Assembly: GCA_049976905.1 (NCBI GenBank)
Contig: JBMFHI010000001.1
Coordinates: forward strand, 27,149-91,148
Length of the DNA: 64,000 nt
Direction of reading: 5' to 3'
Source of the DNA: Syntrophobacteraceae bacterium
Lineage (GTDB): Bacteria; Desulfobacterota; Syntrophobacteria; Syntrophobacterales; Syntrophobacteraceae
This document shows positions 1 to 8,899 of the stretch, piece after piece. The position numbers and the translations under genes were made by a program. Below the pieces are notes generated by a model that searched no databases, was not told the DNA's origin, and saw only the letters and a list, made by a program, of their open reading frames with translations. Positions within the stretch are counted from its first letter, which is position 1; the number at the start of each line of letters is the position of its first letter.

Positions 1-96
1 CCTCCTCGCAAAATAGAGATCGCAATGTTTGCCGTGACGGCTTTGCCATTGCAGAGCAAACTCTATGTCGATAAAATTCTTTAAATCCGTCTTCAT
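1..96 (-). CDS. hypothetical protein, N-terminal fragment (gene runs off the left edge)
   Basis: Absent from the ORF track because it is truncated. ATG at 96-94 is preceded by AGGAG (108-104) with a 7-nt spacer. It reads MKTDLKNFIDIEFALQWQSRHGKHCDLYFARR and stays open to position 1. No family recognised. Confidence 0.4.
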   Translation of the reverse strand, partial: MKTDLKNFIDIEFALQWQSRHGKHCDLYFARR

Positions 97-158
97 GGTC
101 TGGCTCCTGTTTTCAAGCGTCCGGGCAAGGGAGTGTAATTTTGGTCCTCAGGCGCTCC

Positions 159-199
159 TAAAAAATAAAAGCCAGGTTTACAGAATTGTAAACCTGGCT
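159..199 (-). terminator. intrinsic terminator-like hairpin oriented for the minus strand
   Basis: Perfect 13-bp stem AGCCAGGTTTACA (170-182) / TGTAAACCTGGCT (187-199) with loop GAAT. On the minus strand it is followed by TTTTATTTTTT (170-160). Confidence 0.6.
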
Positions 200-405
200 C
201 ATGGCCCCGTTTCCGGGCAGGTCGATTCTTTAAAAACTTCAAAAAATGTCGTTATAAATTAATCCGCCAGATTATCTTGTCAACAAGAGTCGATATTAAT
301 ATTGGATTTATAAGATAGTAGACTCGGCCACTTTGCGTTGCCTATTATTGAAGTAGTGGAATATAACTTAGCGAGCACCGGCATCCACGGAGGGAAGGGT
401 TTGCA

Positions 406-2415
406 ATGGAAGCGGAACCAAACGTTCGAGACGATCAAAAGGGTTGGACGGATCTTAGCCAGTATCAGACAAGCCTGGCTAAAAATAAAATCGTAACCTC
501 GCAGGAGGCTGTCTCCATAATCCTTGATGGAGACACGGTTGCCTTCGGTGGATTTGCGGGCGTGGGGGTTTGCGAGGAGATCGCCCTGGCCCTCGAGCAG
601 CGTTTCCTTGCCACCGGCAAGCCCAACAATCTGACGCTTCTTTTCGCCGTGGCCACCGGCCCTGGCGATGAGCGAAACAAAGGGCTAAACCACCTGGCCC
701 ATGAGGGCTTAGTCCGCCGTATTATCGGAGGCCACTGGGCCCTGGCGCCCAGGCTGCAAAAACTTGCCGTCGAAAATAAGGTCGAGGCCTATAACCTGCC
801 TCTTGGCGTTATCAGCCACCTCTACCGAAACATCGCCTCAGGAAAGGGGGGGATGTTTTCCAAGGTCGGGTTGGGCACTTTTGTAGATCCCAGACTAGGC
901 GGGGGCAAGGTGAATGCTAAAACCAGCGAAGAACTCGTACGCCTGATTGAACTCGAGGGGGAAGAGTATCTCTATTATAAATCCTTTCCTGTAAATGTCG
1001 CGGTCATTCGCGGAACAACCGCCGATACCGAGGGCAATATTACGATGGAAAGGGAAGCCCTTACCCTGGAGTCCCTCTCGATTGCAACGGCAACGAGGAA
1101 TTGCGGCGGACTTGTCATTGTGCAGGTGGAACGAATCGCCCAGGCTGGAAGCCTCAATTGCCGGCAGGTGAAAATCCCCGGCATTCTTGTCGATTGCGTT
1201 GTTGTCGCTCGCCCTGAAAACCACTGGCAAACCATGAGCGAACCCTATAATCCCGCTTTTAGCGGTGAGACAAGGAGCCCTCTGAAATCGGTATCTCCCG
1301 TGGCTTTGGATGTTAGAAAAATCATAGCCAGGCGCGCCGCCTGTGAGCTTAAGCCCAATTGCGTGGTAAACCTTGGAATAGGCATGCCCGAAGGGGTTGC
1401 CAATGTTGCATACGAAGAAAACATTCTTGATTTGATGACCCTTACCGCCGAACCCGGAGTCATAGGAGGTTTGCCTGCCGGAGGACTTAATTTCGGCGCC
1501 GCGATAAACGCCGCGGCCATTATCGATCAGCCCTATCAGTTCGATTTTTACAACGGGGGCGGCATTGACGTAGCCTTTCTTGGAATGGCCCAGGTCGATC
1601 GGCGGGGAAACGTCAATGTGAGCAGGTTTGGTTCAAAACTGCCCGGTGCCGGAGGCTTCATCAATATTAGTCAAAATTCGAAAAAAGTAATTTTTATGGG
1701 GACCTTTACGGCCGGGGGGCTCAAATGCGAAATCCGCAACTCTTGTCTTAAAATCGTAGAAGAGGGCAGGGTGGGCAAATTTGTAGAAGAAGTCGAACAG
1801 ATTACTTTCAGTGGGTCCTATAGTGTGAAATCAGCACAAACGATTTTCTACGTTACGGAAAGATGTGTGTTTGGGTTGAGCGCCCGAGGGTTGGAGCTAA
1901 TCGAAATTGCTCCAGGCATTGACCTGCAAAAGGATATCCTTGACCTGATCGATTTCAAACCCCTCATGCGACGTCCTCCAAAGCTTATGGACGAACGGAT
2001 CTTTAAAACTCCTTCCATGGGACTCAAAGAGGAACTGCTCGCCATTAGTCTCGAAGACCGGATCGTCTACGACGCCGGAAACAATATGTTGTTTGCAAAT
2101 CTAGCCGGCTACACCGTAAAAAATAGAGACGATATCGAGGCTGTTAAGGAAGCGGTTGAAAAGGTGGTAAAACCTCTTGATAAAAAGGTTTATGCCGTGG
2201 GCAATTACGACCGCTTCACAATCGATTCGGAACTCATGGACGCCTATGCGCAAATGCAACAATATCTTACCGGCCGCTATTTTTCTAAAGTCAGCCGCTT
2301 TACCACCAGTGCCTTTCTTCGCCTGAAAATGGGCAGGGCATTGGAGCAGCGAACCGTTGCCCCGCATATCTACGAGAGCCCCGATGAGGCCCATAGGTTT
2401 CTGGTAGCCGATTAG
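406..2415 (+). CDS. family I acyl-CoA:acetate/3-ketoacid (propionate-type) CoA-transferase with C-terminal extension
   Basis: 669-aa ORF. By-eye similarity to YdiF/propionate CoA-transferase-type enzymes: GDTVAFGGFAGVG, LTAEPGVIGGLPAGG with the conserved Glu, GGIDVAFLGMAQVDRRGNVNVS. About 140 aa longer at the C-terminus than the usual ~520-530 aa. Confidence 0.8.
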   Translation: MEAEPNVRDDQKGWTDLSQYQTSLAKNKIVTSQEAVSIILDGDTVAFGGFAGVGVCEEIALALEQRFLATGKPNNLTLLFAVATGPGDERNKGLNHLAHEGLVRRIIGGHWALAPRLQKLAVENKVEAYNLPLGVISHLYRNIASGKGGMFSKVGLGTFVDPRLGGGKVNAKTSEELVRLIELEGEEYLYYKSFPVNVAVIRGTTADTEGNITMEREALTLESLSIATATRNCGGLVIVQVERIAQAGSLNCRQVKIPGILVDCVVVARPENHWQTMSEPYNPAFSGETRSPLKSVSPVALDVRKIIARRAACELKPNCVVNLGIGMPEGVANVAYEENILDLMTLTAEPGVIGGLPAGGLNFGAAINAAAIIDQPYQFDFYNGGGIDVAFLGMAQVDRRGNVNVSRFGSKLPGAGGFINISQNSKKVIFMGTFTAGGLKCEIRNSCLKIVEEGRVGKFVEEVEQITFSGSYSVKSAQTIFYVTERCVFGLSARGLELIEIAPGIDLQKDILDLIDFKPLMRRPPKLMDERIFKTPSMGLKEELLAISLEDRIVYDAGNNMLFANLAGYTVKNRDDIEAVKEAVEKVVKPLDKKVYAVGNYDRFTIDSELMDAYAQMQQYLTGRYFSKVSRFTTSAFLRLKMGRALEQRTVAPHIYESPDEAHRFLVAD

Positions 2416-2505
2416 CCGGCAGTTTCGGCAGAAAGTTTTATTAAAGCCGGTCAGCCCGTTTGCCGATCAATTACCCTGAAACCGCCCACCTCCGAAAGGG
2501 ACATA

Positions 2506-4149
2506 ATGATCCAAAAAGATTTCGAAGCGTTGCGCGAGGAACTTCGCAACGACCTTGAGACAAAAGACTGGAGAAAGGCCGTTATCGTTCTCTCCCATTT
2601 CGAACAGCTCGATGGAGGCCGGCAAAAATTGGTATTGCTGGACTTGAGCCGGGGAGATGCCGATTTCGTTTTGCCCCTGCTGATAACTTTTGCCGGCGCT
2701 CACCCCCAAATCTATGAACAACAACCGATGCTTCGCGGGATGCTTCTTTCAAAGGCCATCGATTATCCCGATCTGTTGATCAAAAGCATGAGCGCGCTGG
2801 AAACTAAAAATAAAATTTTCTGTATTGAAATCCTGGGCGAAATCAGGTCCGAACAGGCCGTACCGCACCTTCTGGAAATGCTGACCTCGGCCGGGGAGCC
2901 CGAACTTTTTAAAGCGGTTATTGATACCCTGGGGCTTATTGGGATCTCGGATGCCGTTAGCCTTATAAGCGACTTTCTCTACGTCGATAACAGGGAGCTT
3001 GTGGTTGCCGCCGTCAGGGCTCTTGGAAAAATCGCTGCGCCCTCCGCCATGTTCCGGCTTGCCGAAAGGGTAGGGGGAGATCATGATCTGGACAAGCTCA
3101 TCCTCGAGGTTTTCTCCGAAGTCCAGGACAACACGGCTCTTAAGAAACTGAGTGAAACCATTGCCTCCCATCACGCGCATATGCGCAGTCTGGCTAAAAA
3201 GCTGCTCGTTCGCATTGGAGCCAAGTCGGTTCCCTTTATCATTGAAAATCTTCGCTGCGATGATGTGGACCTGCAGATCAATTCGCTAAATGTGCTGGGA
3301 GACATTGGCGACATGAGCGCTTCAGCCCCAATCCGCAAATTGCTCCAGTCGGGGGCCAAAAACGCCAACGTTCGTTTTGCGGCCTACGAAGCGCTTTCGT
3401 TTATGCCCGAGGTTCAGGGGGCCTACGTTTTGGCCGCGGGACTGCTCGATCCGGTCGAGCACGTGCGCATTGCGGCCGCCCGGGCGGTAGACAGAAATTA
3501 TAACGAGGTCCTGGGGCTGGGAATGCGCAATATGGTCCAAATGAAAAACGAGGATTCCCAGCGCATCATTTCCACTATCCTCCTCGCCCAGGCCGACAAA
3601 ATTTTCCTTGATCTCATCGATGAGACGGTTTTCCAGCAAACGGCCGTCGAGTTGCTGAGCAAGGTTCACAAGGACCTCAGAGATCATTATGTCGCGCTTC
3701 TGGCAGCCAGGGGATTTAAGGAACTGGCCGGAAAAATTATGCCCGAGCAAGCCGGGCAAACCCGAAGACCGCGCGCGTGTGCTGTAGACGATTCACGGAT
3801 GATCCTTGGCATTTATAAGCACTCTCTTCATCAACTGGGAATCGAGCCTGTAGTATTCGAGTTTCCCGCAAGCGCTCTTGAGTGGCTCAAAAAGGAAAAA
3901 CCCGATATCGTTTTCACCGATTTAAACATGCCCGAGATGACCGGAATCGATTTGACTCGCGAGATTCGTAAAATTTACTCCGTTCAGGAGCTTCCCGTTA
4001 TTATGGTTACAACGCAAAGCGATGTTCAGGACCATGAAGCGGCCAGGGCAGCAGGTGTTAGCACCATTATTTTTAAACCCTTTGACACGGCGGCCTTAAA
4101 GCAATGTGTCGCCGCCTTCTGTCCTGACAAAACATCCCGGAAAGGTTGA
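2506..4149 (+). CDS. HEAT-repeat protein with C-terminal CheY-like receiver domain
   Basis: About 400 aa of HEAT/PBS-lyase-like helical repeats (EILGEIRSEQAVPHLLEML, VAAVRALGKIAAPSA, NVRFAAYEAL). These are followed by a receiver domain (CAVDDS...PDIVFTDLNMPEMTG...VIMVTT...FKPF). Confidence 0.75.
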   Translation: MIQKDFEALREELRNDLETKDWRKAVIVLSHFEQLDGGRQKLVLLDLSRGDADFVLPLLITFAGAHPQIYEQQPMLRGMLLSKAIDYPDLLIKSMSALETKNKIFCIEILGEIRSEQAVPHLLEMLTSAGEPELFKAVIDTLGLIGISDAVSLISDFLYVDNRELVVAAVRALGKIAAPSAMFRLAERVGGDHDLDKLILEVFSEVQDNTALKKLSETIASHHAHMRSLAKKLLVRIGAKSVPFIIENLRCDDVDLQINSLNVLGDIGDMSASAPIRKLLQSGAKNANVRFAAYEALSFMPEVQGAYVLAAGLLDPVEHVRIAAARAVDRNYNEVLGLGMRNMVQMKNEDSQRIISTILLAQADKIFLDLIDETVFQQTAVELLSKVHKDLRDHYVALLAARGFKELAGKIMPEQAGQTRRPRACAVDDSRMILGIYKHSLHQLGIEPVVFEFPASALEWLKKEKPDIVFTDLNMPEMTGIDLTREIRKIYSVQELPVIMVTTQSDVQDHEAARAAGVSTIIFKPFDTAALKQCVAAFCPDKTSRKG

Positions 4150-4245
4150 AAGATCTCGTCGTAAACCAACAATTGGCGGAGTTGACTATGCTTTCTTGAA
4201 AGCCGGTTTTTTTTTGTACGGCCATAGAGCGGCGTGCGGGAAATT

Positions 4246-5316
4246 TCAGAATCCGAAGGGAAAGCGCACGGTAACGGGCAGGTTGTCCACCCAGTCATTG
4301 CGGGGCAGTGTTTGCGGCATGTCGCACGTTACCAGGAGCATATATTGGCGGTCCGAAAGGGAGGTGGCTGCCGCCTGGGGAAGCCGGGCCGTCATCTGCG
4401 GTTTTTGACGCACCACGGCGCTAAACTTACTTCCATCGTCCAGTGTTACCGTTACGCTGTGTCCCGGCCGGGCGTAGCTCAGGTATTTGGGGTCTAGAAA
4501 TGCCTGGATGCATATATCGTCCAGATTTCCCAGAGTGAGGAGAAGCTCTCCCTGGGAAAGCGACTGGCCGGGCCGGGCCCGCAGTTCCAGTACGCGCCCG
4601 CGCACGGGACTCGTATAGACCAAACGCGCCTTTTGAAGCTCTATTTCATCGAGTTCAGCCCGGATAACCCTGCTTTTAATTTCACTTGCCCGGTCGGGTT
4701 TACAAAGGCGCTGTTCTTCCAATTGCCGAGCGGCAAGGGAACTTTGTATCTGTTGCAGATTCATCTGGGCCTGGTAGAGTTGGGCTCTTGCAGCATTGCG
4801 TTCGGCGATGGTGGCCGCGCCCTTGTGAAATAAAAAGTTTATGTTTTTAAACTGGTCGGCATAATAGGCGAGCTGCTTTTGGGCCAGATTCTGGCTGCTT
4901 TCCAGTGCGTTCAGCACCTTTGCGTATTCGGGAAAGGCACCGGCTGAAGTCGTAGTCATGGCCTTTAATTCGGTTTGAAGGAGACTCTGGCGTTGATCGA
5001 GATCCTGGTTTGCCAAGACTGCCAGTAGTTGGCCCCGGACCACCGTTTCCCCCGGTTTTACCATCACGCGTTTAACCCAGCCGGCCATCTGCGTGTTTAC
5101 CTCTATTCTTTCCAGTCTTACGAATCCCGGCGCGGTCACGATAAGGGCGGCGTAGAAGATCTTTGCGATCAGGAAGAGAAGGGGCGCGGTTACGAGCAGT
5201 ACAAGCAGGTACCAGCGCCAGCGGGAGGTGGCTCGCTTACCGGCGGCATAGGGCAGGCTCATTCCGTGTTCACGGTCCGGAGCAACGCTTTTGGGAGATC
5301 GGAAGGTTATTTTCAT
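4246..5316 (-). CDS. HlyD-family membrane fusion (periplasmic adaptor) protein
   Basis: N-terminal TM helix (WRWYLLVLLVTAPLLFLIAKIF), a long coiled-coil-like Q/L/A-rich middle and a beta-rich C-terminus. The start overlaps the upstream stop (ATGA at 5313-5316). Confidence 0.8.
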   Translation of the reverse strand: MKITFRSPKSVAPDREHGMSLPYAAGKRATSRWRWYLLVLLVTAPLLFLIAKIFYAALIVTAPGFVRLERIEVNTQMAGWVKRVMVKPGETVVRGQLLAVLANQDLDQRQSLLQTELKAMTTTSAGAFPEYAKVLNALESSQNLAQKQLAYYADQFKNINFLFHKGAATIAERNAARAQLYQAQMNLQQIQSSLAARQLEEQRLCKPDRASEIKSRVIRAELDEIELQKARLVYTSPVRGRVLELRARPGQSLSQGELLLTLGNLDDICIQAFLDPKYLSYARPGHSVTVTLDDGSKFSAVVRQKPQMTARLPQAAATSLSDRQYMLLVTCDMPQTLPRNDWVDNLPVTVRFPFGF

Positions 5317-7502
5317 CGCTTTAACTGCTTAAGATAGCTCCATGATTGAATTATAACGGCCGAGAAGTTGCTGTGGTCCAGTCGGCTTTTAAGGGCCTCG
5401 ATGGCTTCCTTGAGCGCGGACCAGCCTTTGCTGTTATAACTTTCCCCAGGACTCAACTCCGGTTCCACGCTGAGGGCGATGGAAAAGCGCAGCTTCGGGT
5501 TGGCCTCTAAAATGGGGGCGACCCGGCGGGCTACCTTTTCCGGATTGGCAATATAAACCATGAGGGTCACTTCAGAGATGGGAATTTTTGAAAAAGCTTC
5601 GCCCAGATAATCTTTAAACTCTTTTTGATCGAAATAGCGCGGATGAATGCTCAGCGACAGGGGCCATGGACTTAGGTCATGGACAGCTTCGAGGGTTTTT
5701 ACCAGTTGGGCGAGCAGATATTTGCGCGAATATTGCCTGGTATCGAGCGAATCGGGCTCGAGATCGAGGTGCAGGCCATCAAAAGCAAAGCCCTTTAATT
5801 GTTTTACGATGTCAAGCAGGTCCTGTCGATGATCGGGGAGAATCCAGAGTGGTTCGCCAAGCAGCAGATCGACCCGCAAGCCGTCGCGATGGGCCGTTTC
5901 CAGGCTGAGTCTAAGCCGCCTTGCGCCTTGAGCGGTTGCCGCGGCCTGGATCTGCTGACGGTCCAGGGAGAGCAGGACGCGGTCGATAGCGAAGGCGTTA
6001 AAGCTTTCCCAGGCGGACTTTTCGGAGCCGCCGCCATTAAGGAGGGGGGCGCTATCCCAGACGTAGACAGCGTTTTTGCGCTCCGGGGCCTTTACCACTT
6101 TGTCCGTGGGGGCCAGGCCGGGTGGCGGGTTCATTGCCGAGGGCAGGTCGGTGCGAAGCGGAGCATTTGAAACCTCGACCTCGCTTGCCGTATCCGAAAT
6201 CTCCGGCTGGTCGCCGCCGCAACCTTGGGGCGCGAGCTGCAACAAGTCGGCCTGGGCCTGAAAAAGTGAGGTTTTCGCCGAAATCAAGTCAATTCCCGCC
6301 TTGTAGTATTCAAATCGGCTTTTCTGGAGTTTTTCGATGGTGTCGCCGGCCATGTAACCTTTGCGCAGCTTGTTTTCCCGCAATGATTCCAGGGATGCCT
6401 TGAGGCGCTGACTCTGATATTGCAGATCCTCACGGGCGGCGCGGTATTTTGCCAGAGCCGCCAGAGCGTCTGTTTGCAGTTGGCCCACCGCCTGGTCCAA
6501 ATCGTATCGGGACTTTTCCAAACTTGCCTGAGAAGCTTGCTGTCGGCAGTCCGCTGCAGTCAATTCCCTGGCAGGCAGTTGCATGCTAAAGGATATAGCC
6601 ACGCCGTAGCCGGTTATCCCCGAAGGATATACGGTGGTGGCTGTCCCGGCGAGCTGTACGTTGGCATCCACATCGTCATAGGTTTTGAGGCCGAGCAAGC
6701 GCCTTTGCTCCTGCACAAGACTTCTTCGAAGCAATACTTCCGGGTGATCGTTTAATATCTGTGTCCTTAGACGCGAAGGGATGGTGCATGGCTGGGCCAA
6801 ACTGGGATAAGTGCATGAAAGGTCGCTGAAATTGGAATGCGTGAGCAGATTGATGATCCCAAGGGCCTTTATCTGGTCGACCCTGGCGTTTGCAATATTT
6901 CGCGCGGCCAGGTGGAAGGCGGTAAGGAACTCTTCGCGGTCGGCGTCAAGGAGCAGGCCCCGAGATGTTCTTTGTTTCAAAATCTGTTCTAGAACATTTT
7001 TGCCCGCGAGGAAGGCCTTGCTGAGTTCGATCTTGCGCCGGCCCGCCCAATAGAGAGCGTAATAGCTTCGCAGGGTATTAAGAGCAACCCTGCGGGCGAG
7101 CTCCATCTTTTCTCTGTTGGTCCATGTCTTGGCACGGGCGTCGAGTATGTTGATCTGTTCTTTTTGCCTGGTCCCCAGCAGCGGATAGCTCAGGCCGATA
7201 GTGGCTGTAGCCTCATTGAAATTTGACAGGGTGTATGCGTCCAGGGGTTCTTCAAAAGTGCCCGTGCTAAGACCTGCCTGCATTTTGAGCCCGCTTGCCG
7301 CCTTCCGGGCAGCGAGCCTGTGGAGGCTCTGCTCGAGTTCGGCAACGGCGGAGAGCACCTGAGGAGCGGCTTGGATTTTTTCTTCCAACTGCTGGAGCGT
7401 TACGGTTTGGGACCAGGCGTTAACACGCCAGGTGCCCAGAGTCATGAAAATTAGGGCGGCAAGCGTTAAGGCCCTTACAAAAAAAGAGAAGTTTCGTTGC
7501 AT
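5313..7502 (-). CDS. TolC-family outer-membrane factor fused to a C-terminal ~250-aa alpha/beta (glycoside-hydrolase-like TIM-barrel?) domain
   Basis: Signal peptide MQRNFSFFVRALTLAALIFMTLGTWRVNAWS. Residues ~30-425 have the repeated coiled-coil/beta pattern of outer-membrane efflux proteins. A Pro/acidic linker covers residues ~430-475. The C-terminal domain contains AFAIDRVLLSL, GLRVDLLLGEP, FDGLHLDLEPDS, EVTLMVY and AVIIQSW, that is, alternating beta/alpha segments. Confidence 0.7.
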   Translation of the reverse strand: MQRNFSFFVRALTLAALIFMTLGTWRVNAWSQTVTLQQLEEKIQAAPQVLSAVAELEQSLHRLAARKAASGLKMQAGLSTGTFEEPLDAYTLSNFNEATATIGLSYPLLGTRQKEQINILDARAKTWTNREKMELARRVALNTLRSYYALYWAGRRKIELSKAFLAGKNVLEQILKQRTSRGLLLDADREEFLTAFHLAARNIANARVDQIKALGIINLLTHSNFSDLSCTYPSLAQPCTIPSRLRTQILNDHPEVLLRRSLVQEQRRLLGLKTYDDVDANVQLAGTATTVYPSGITGYGVAISFSMQLPARELTAADCRQQASQASLEKSRYDLDQAVGQLQTDALAALAKYRAAREDLQYQSQRLKASLESLRENKLRKGYMAGDTIEKLQKSRFEYYKAGIDLISAKTSLFQAQADLLQLAPQGCGGDQPEISDTASEVEVSNAPLRTDLPSAMNPPPGLAPTDKVVKAPERKNAVYVWDSAPLLNGGGSEKSAWESFNAFAIDRVLLSLDRQQIQAAATAQGARRLRLSLETAHRDGLRVDLLLGEPLWILPDHRQDLLDIVKQLKGFAFDGLHLDLEPDSLDTRQYSRKYLLAQLVKTLEAVHDLSPWPLSLSIHPRYFDQKEFKDYLGEAFSKIPISEVTLMVYIANPEKVARRVAPILEANPKLRFSIALSVEPELSPGESYNSKGWSALKEAIEALKSRLDHSNFSAVIIQSWSYLKQLKR

Positions 7503-7562
7503 AATGTGGCTTCGTTTATTCAGAGCAAAAACCTTCCCCCTGGGGCCTCGCCGGTCCGCGGT

Positions 7563-8897
7563 TCAGAATTTGGTCTTCCGCAGCACATACCAGGGCGCCA
7601 TCGAACTGTCCAGGTGCGACTTAAACAGGAACTCCCACAGAGTCGATACGCCTCCCCACAGGCGGGTAAGAAAGGTAAAACACGGCACAAGGGGCAGGAA
7701 GGGAGCGAGTTTGAGATCCTGTCTCGGACGTTCGGATAAAAAAAGTACAAATACCACATAGAAGGCCAGGGTGACCAGCAGGTAGAACAGATAAACTACC
7801 GCCCATACGGCCAGAGCGTAGCCCAGGGGAAGCACAATCAGAGTCCAGGTCGAATAGAGCAGGATTATGAAAGGAAGTACGAGCTGAAAAAAAAGGCCTG
7901 TCCAAAGGGTCATAATCAAATTGCGCCAGCCAAGGATGCCCGGTTGGAGACTCAAACGGTGTTTTCTCACATAGAGATAGAAAAGGTCTCCGTCCCAACG
8001 CAGTCGCTGCATCAAAAAGCCTTTAAAGGAAACCGGGACGTCGGTGTGTCCCATGGCTTTGGGCTCGAAAATAATTTTGAGGTCCGGGTGTCGGCCAAAA
8101 TAGTTTTTCATCCGCAGAGTTATATCCAGATCTTCCGCGGTGCCGCTATCCCAGCCTCCGATGGCCTGGACAAAAGATTTTCTAAAAACACCGAAGGCCC
8201 CCGAAATGTTGTTTACGATGTTGAAGGCGCTTAGACCGGTCTTGCTGGCATGGATGGACAAGAGGTATTCGATCGCCTGGAGACGGGTCCACAAAGACTG
8301 GGTAATATTTCGGACGCGAAGACATCCGGCTACCCCGACAACGTTTGGGTCCAGGAAGTTCAAGGTCGCATCGGCGATCATGTTATTGTCAAAAGAGGTA
8401 TCACCGTCAAGGGCCATTACAATCTCCCCCCGGGCGAGCTCAAGGGCGGTATTAAGGCTTGAGACCCGGCCTCCGCGCTGCCATTTGGGTACCACTGAGA
8501 GCGCGCGCCGGGGCAACTGGTGGACAAAGGCCTCCATTTGCCTTGCGGCCTCGTAGGTGTCTTTATTCTTGAGGGCTCCGTCCACCACACAGATAACTTC
8601 TATAAAGCCGGGATATATTTGCTCGACCAGGGAGCGAATGGTGACCTGAACATCTTTGCCTTCGCCGTAGGCCGTCACCATGCATGACACCTGCGGGTAA
8701 TAGGGCGCTGCGTTGGGGATGTTGACATGGCTGCGCATGACATGACGAACAATGCCCAGGAAAACCAATACATAGACCGGTGCTTCAAGAAAAATCATAT
8801 AGGGAACAAACTTCAAAAGGAAGATGGGAAAGCCGTTATTAAACGGGCTCTCCAGGAGATTGGAAAAGGTAACGAGAAACTGAGTCAGTGTAGTCAC
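7563..8897 (-). CDS. membrane-embedded processive family-2 glycosyltransferase (polysaccharide synthase)
   Basis: Carries the D, DxD, TED and QxxRW signature: ICVVDGA, MALDGDTS, GTAEDLD, QRLRWDGD. N-terminal TM helices, and about 4-5 TM helices after the QxxRW motif. At 444 aa it matches PgaC/NodC/BgsA-type synthases in size. Confidence 0.85.
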   Translation of the reverse strand: MTTLTQFLVTFSNLLESPFNNGFPIFLLKFVPYMIFLEAPVYVLVFLGIVRHVMRSHVNIPNAAPYYPQVSCMVTAYGEGKDVQVTIRSLVEQIYPGFIEVICVVDGALKNKDTYEAARQMEAFVHQLPRRALSVVPKWQRGGRVSSLNTALELARGEIVMALDGDTSFDNNMIADATLNFLDPNVVGVAGCLRVRNITQSLWTRLQAIEYLLSIHASKTGLSAFNIVNNISGAFGVFRKSFVQAIGGWDSGTAEDLDITLRMKNYFGRHPDLKIIFEPKAMGHTDVPVSFKGFLMQRLRWDGDLFYLYVRKHRLSLQPGILGWRNLIMTLWTGLFFQLVLPFIILLYSTWTLIVLPLGYALAVWAVVYLFYLLVTLAFYVVFVLFLSERPRQDLKLAPFLPLVPCFTFLTRLWGGVSTLWEFLFKSHLDSSMAPWYVLRKTKF

Positions 8898-8899
8898 GT

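Noticed and set aside
65-262. 65-aa plus-strand ORF in the first intergenic region
   Set aside because: It has no SD. It runs straight through the 13-bp terminator hairpin and overlaps the SD and start of the minus-strand gene. Its composition looks like a chance ORF.
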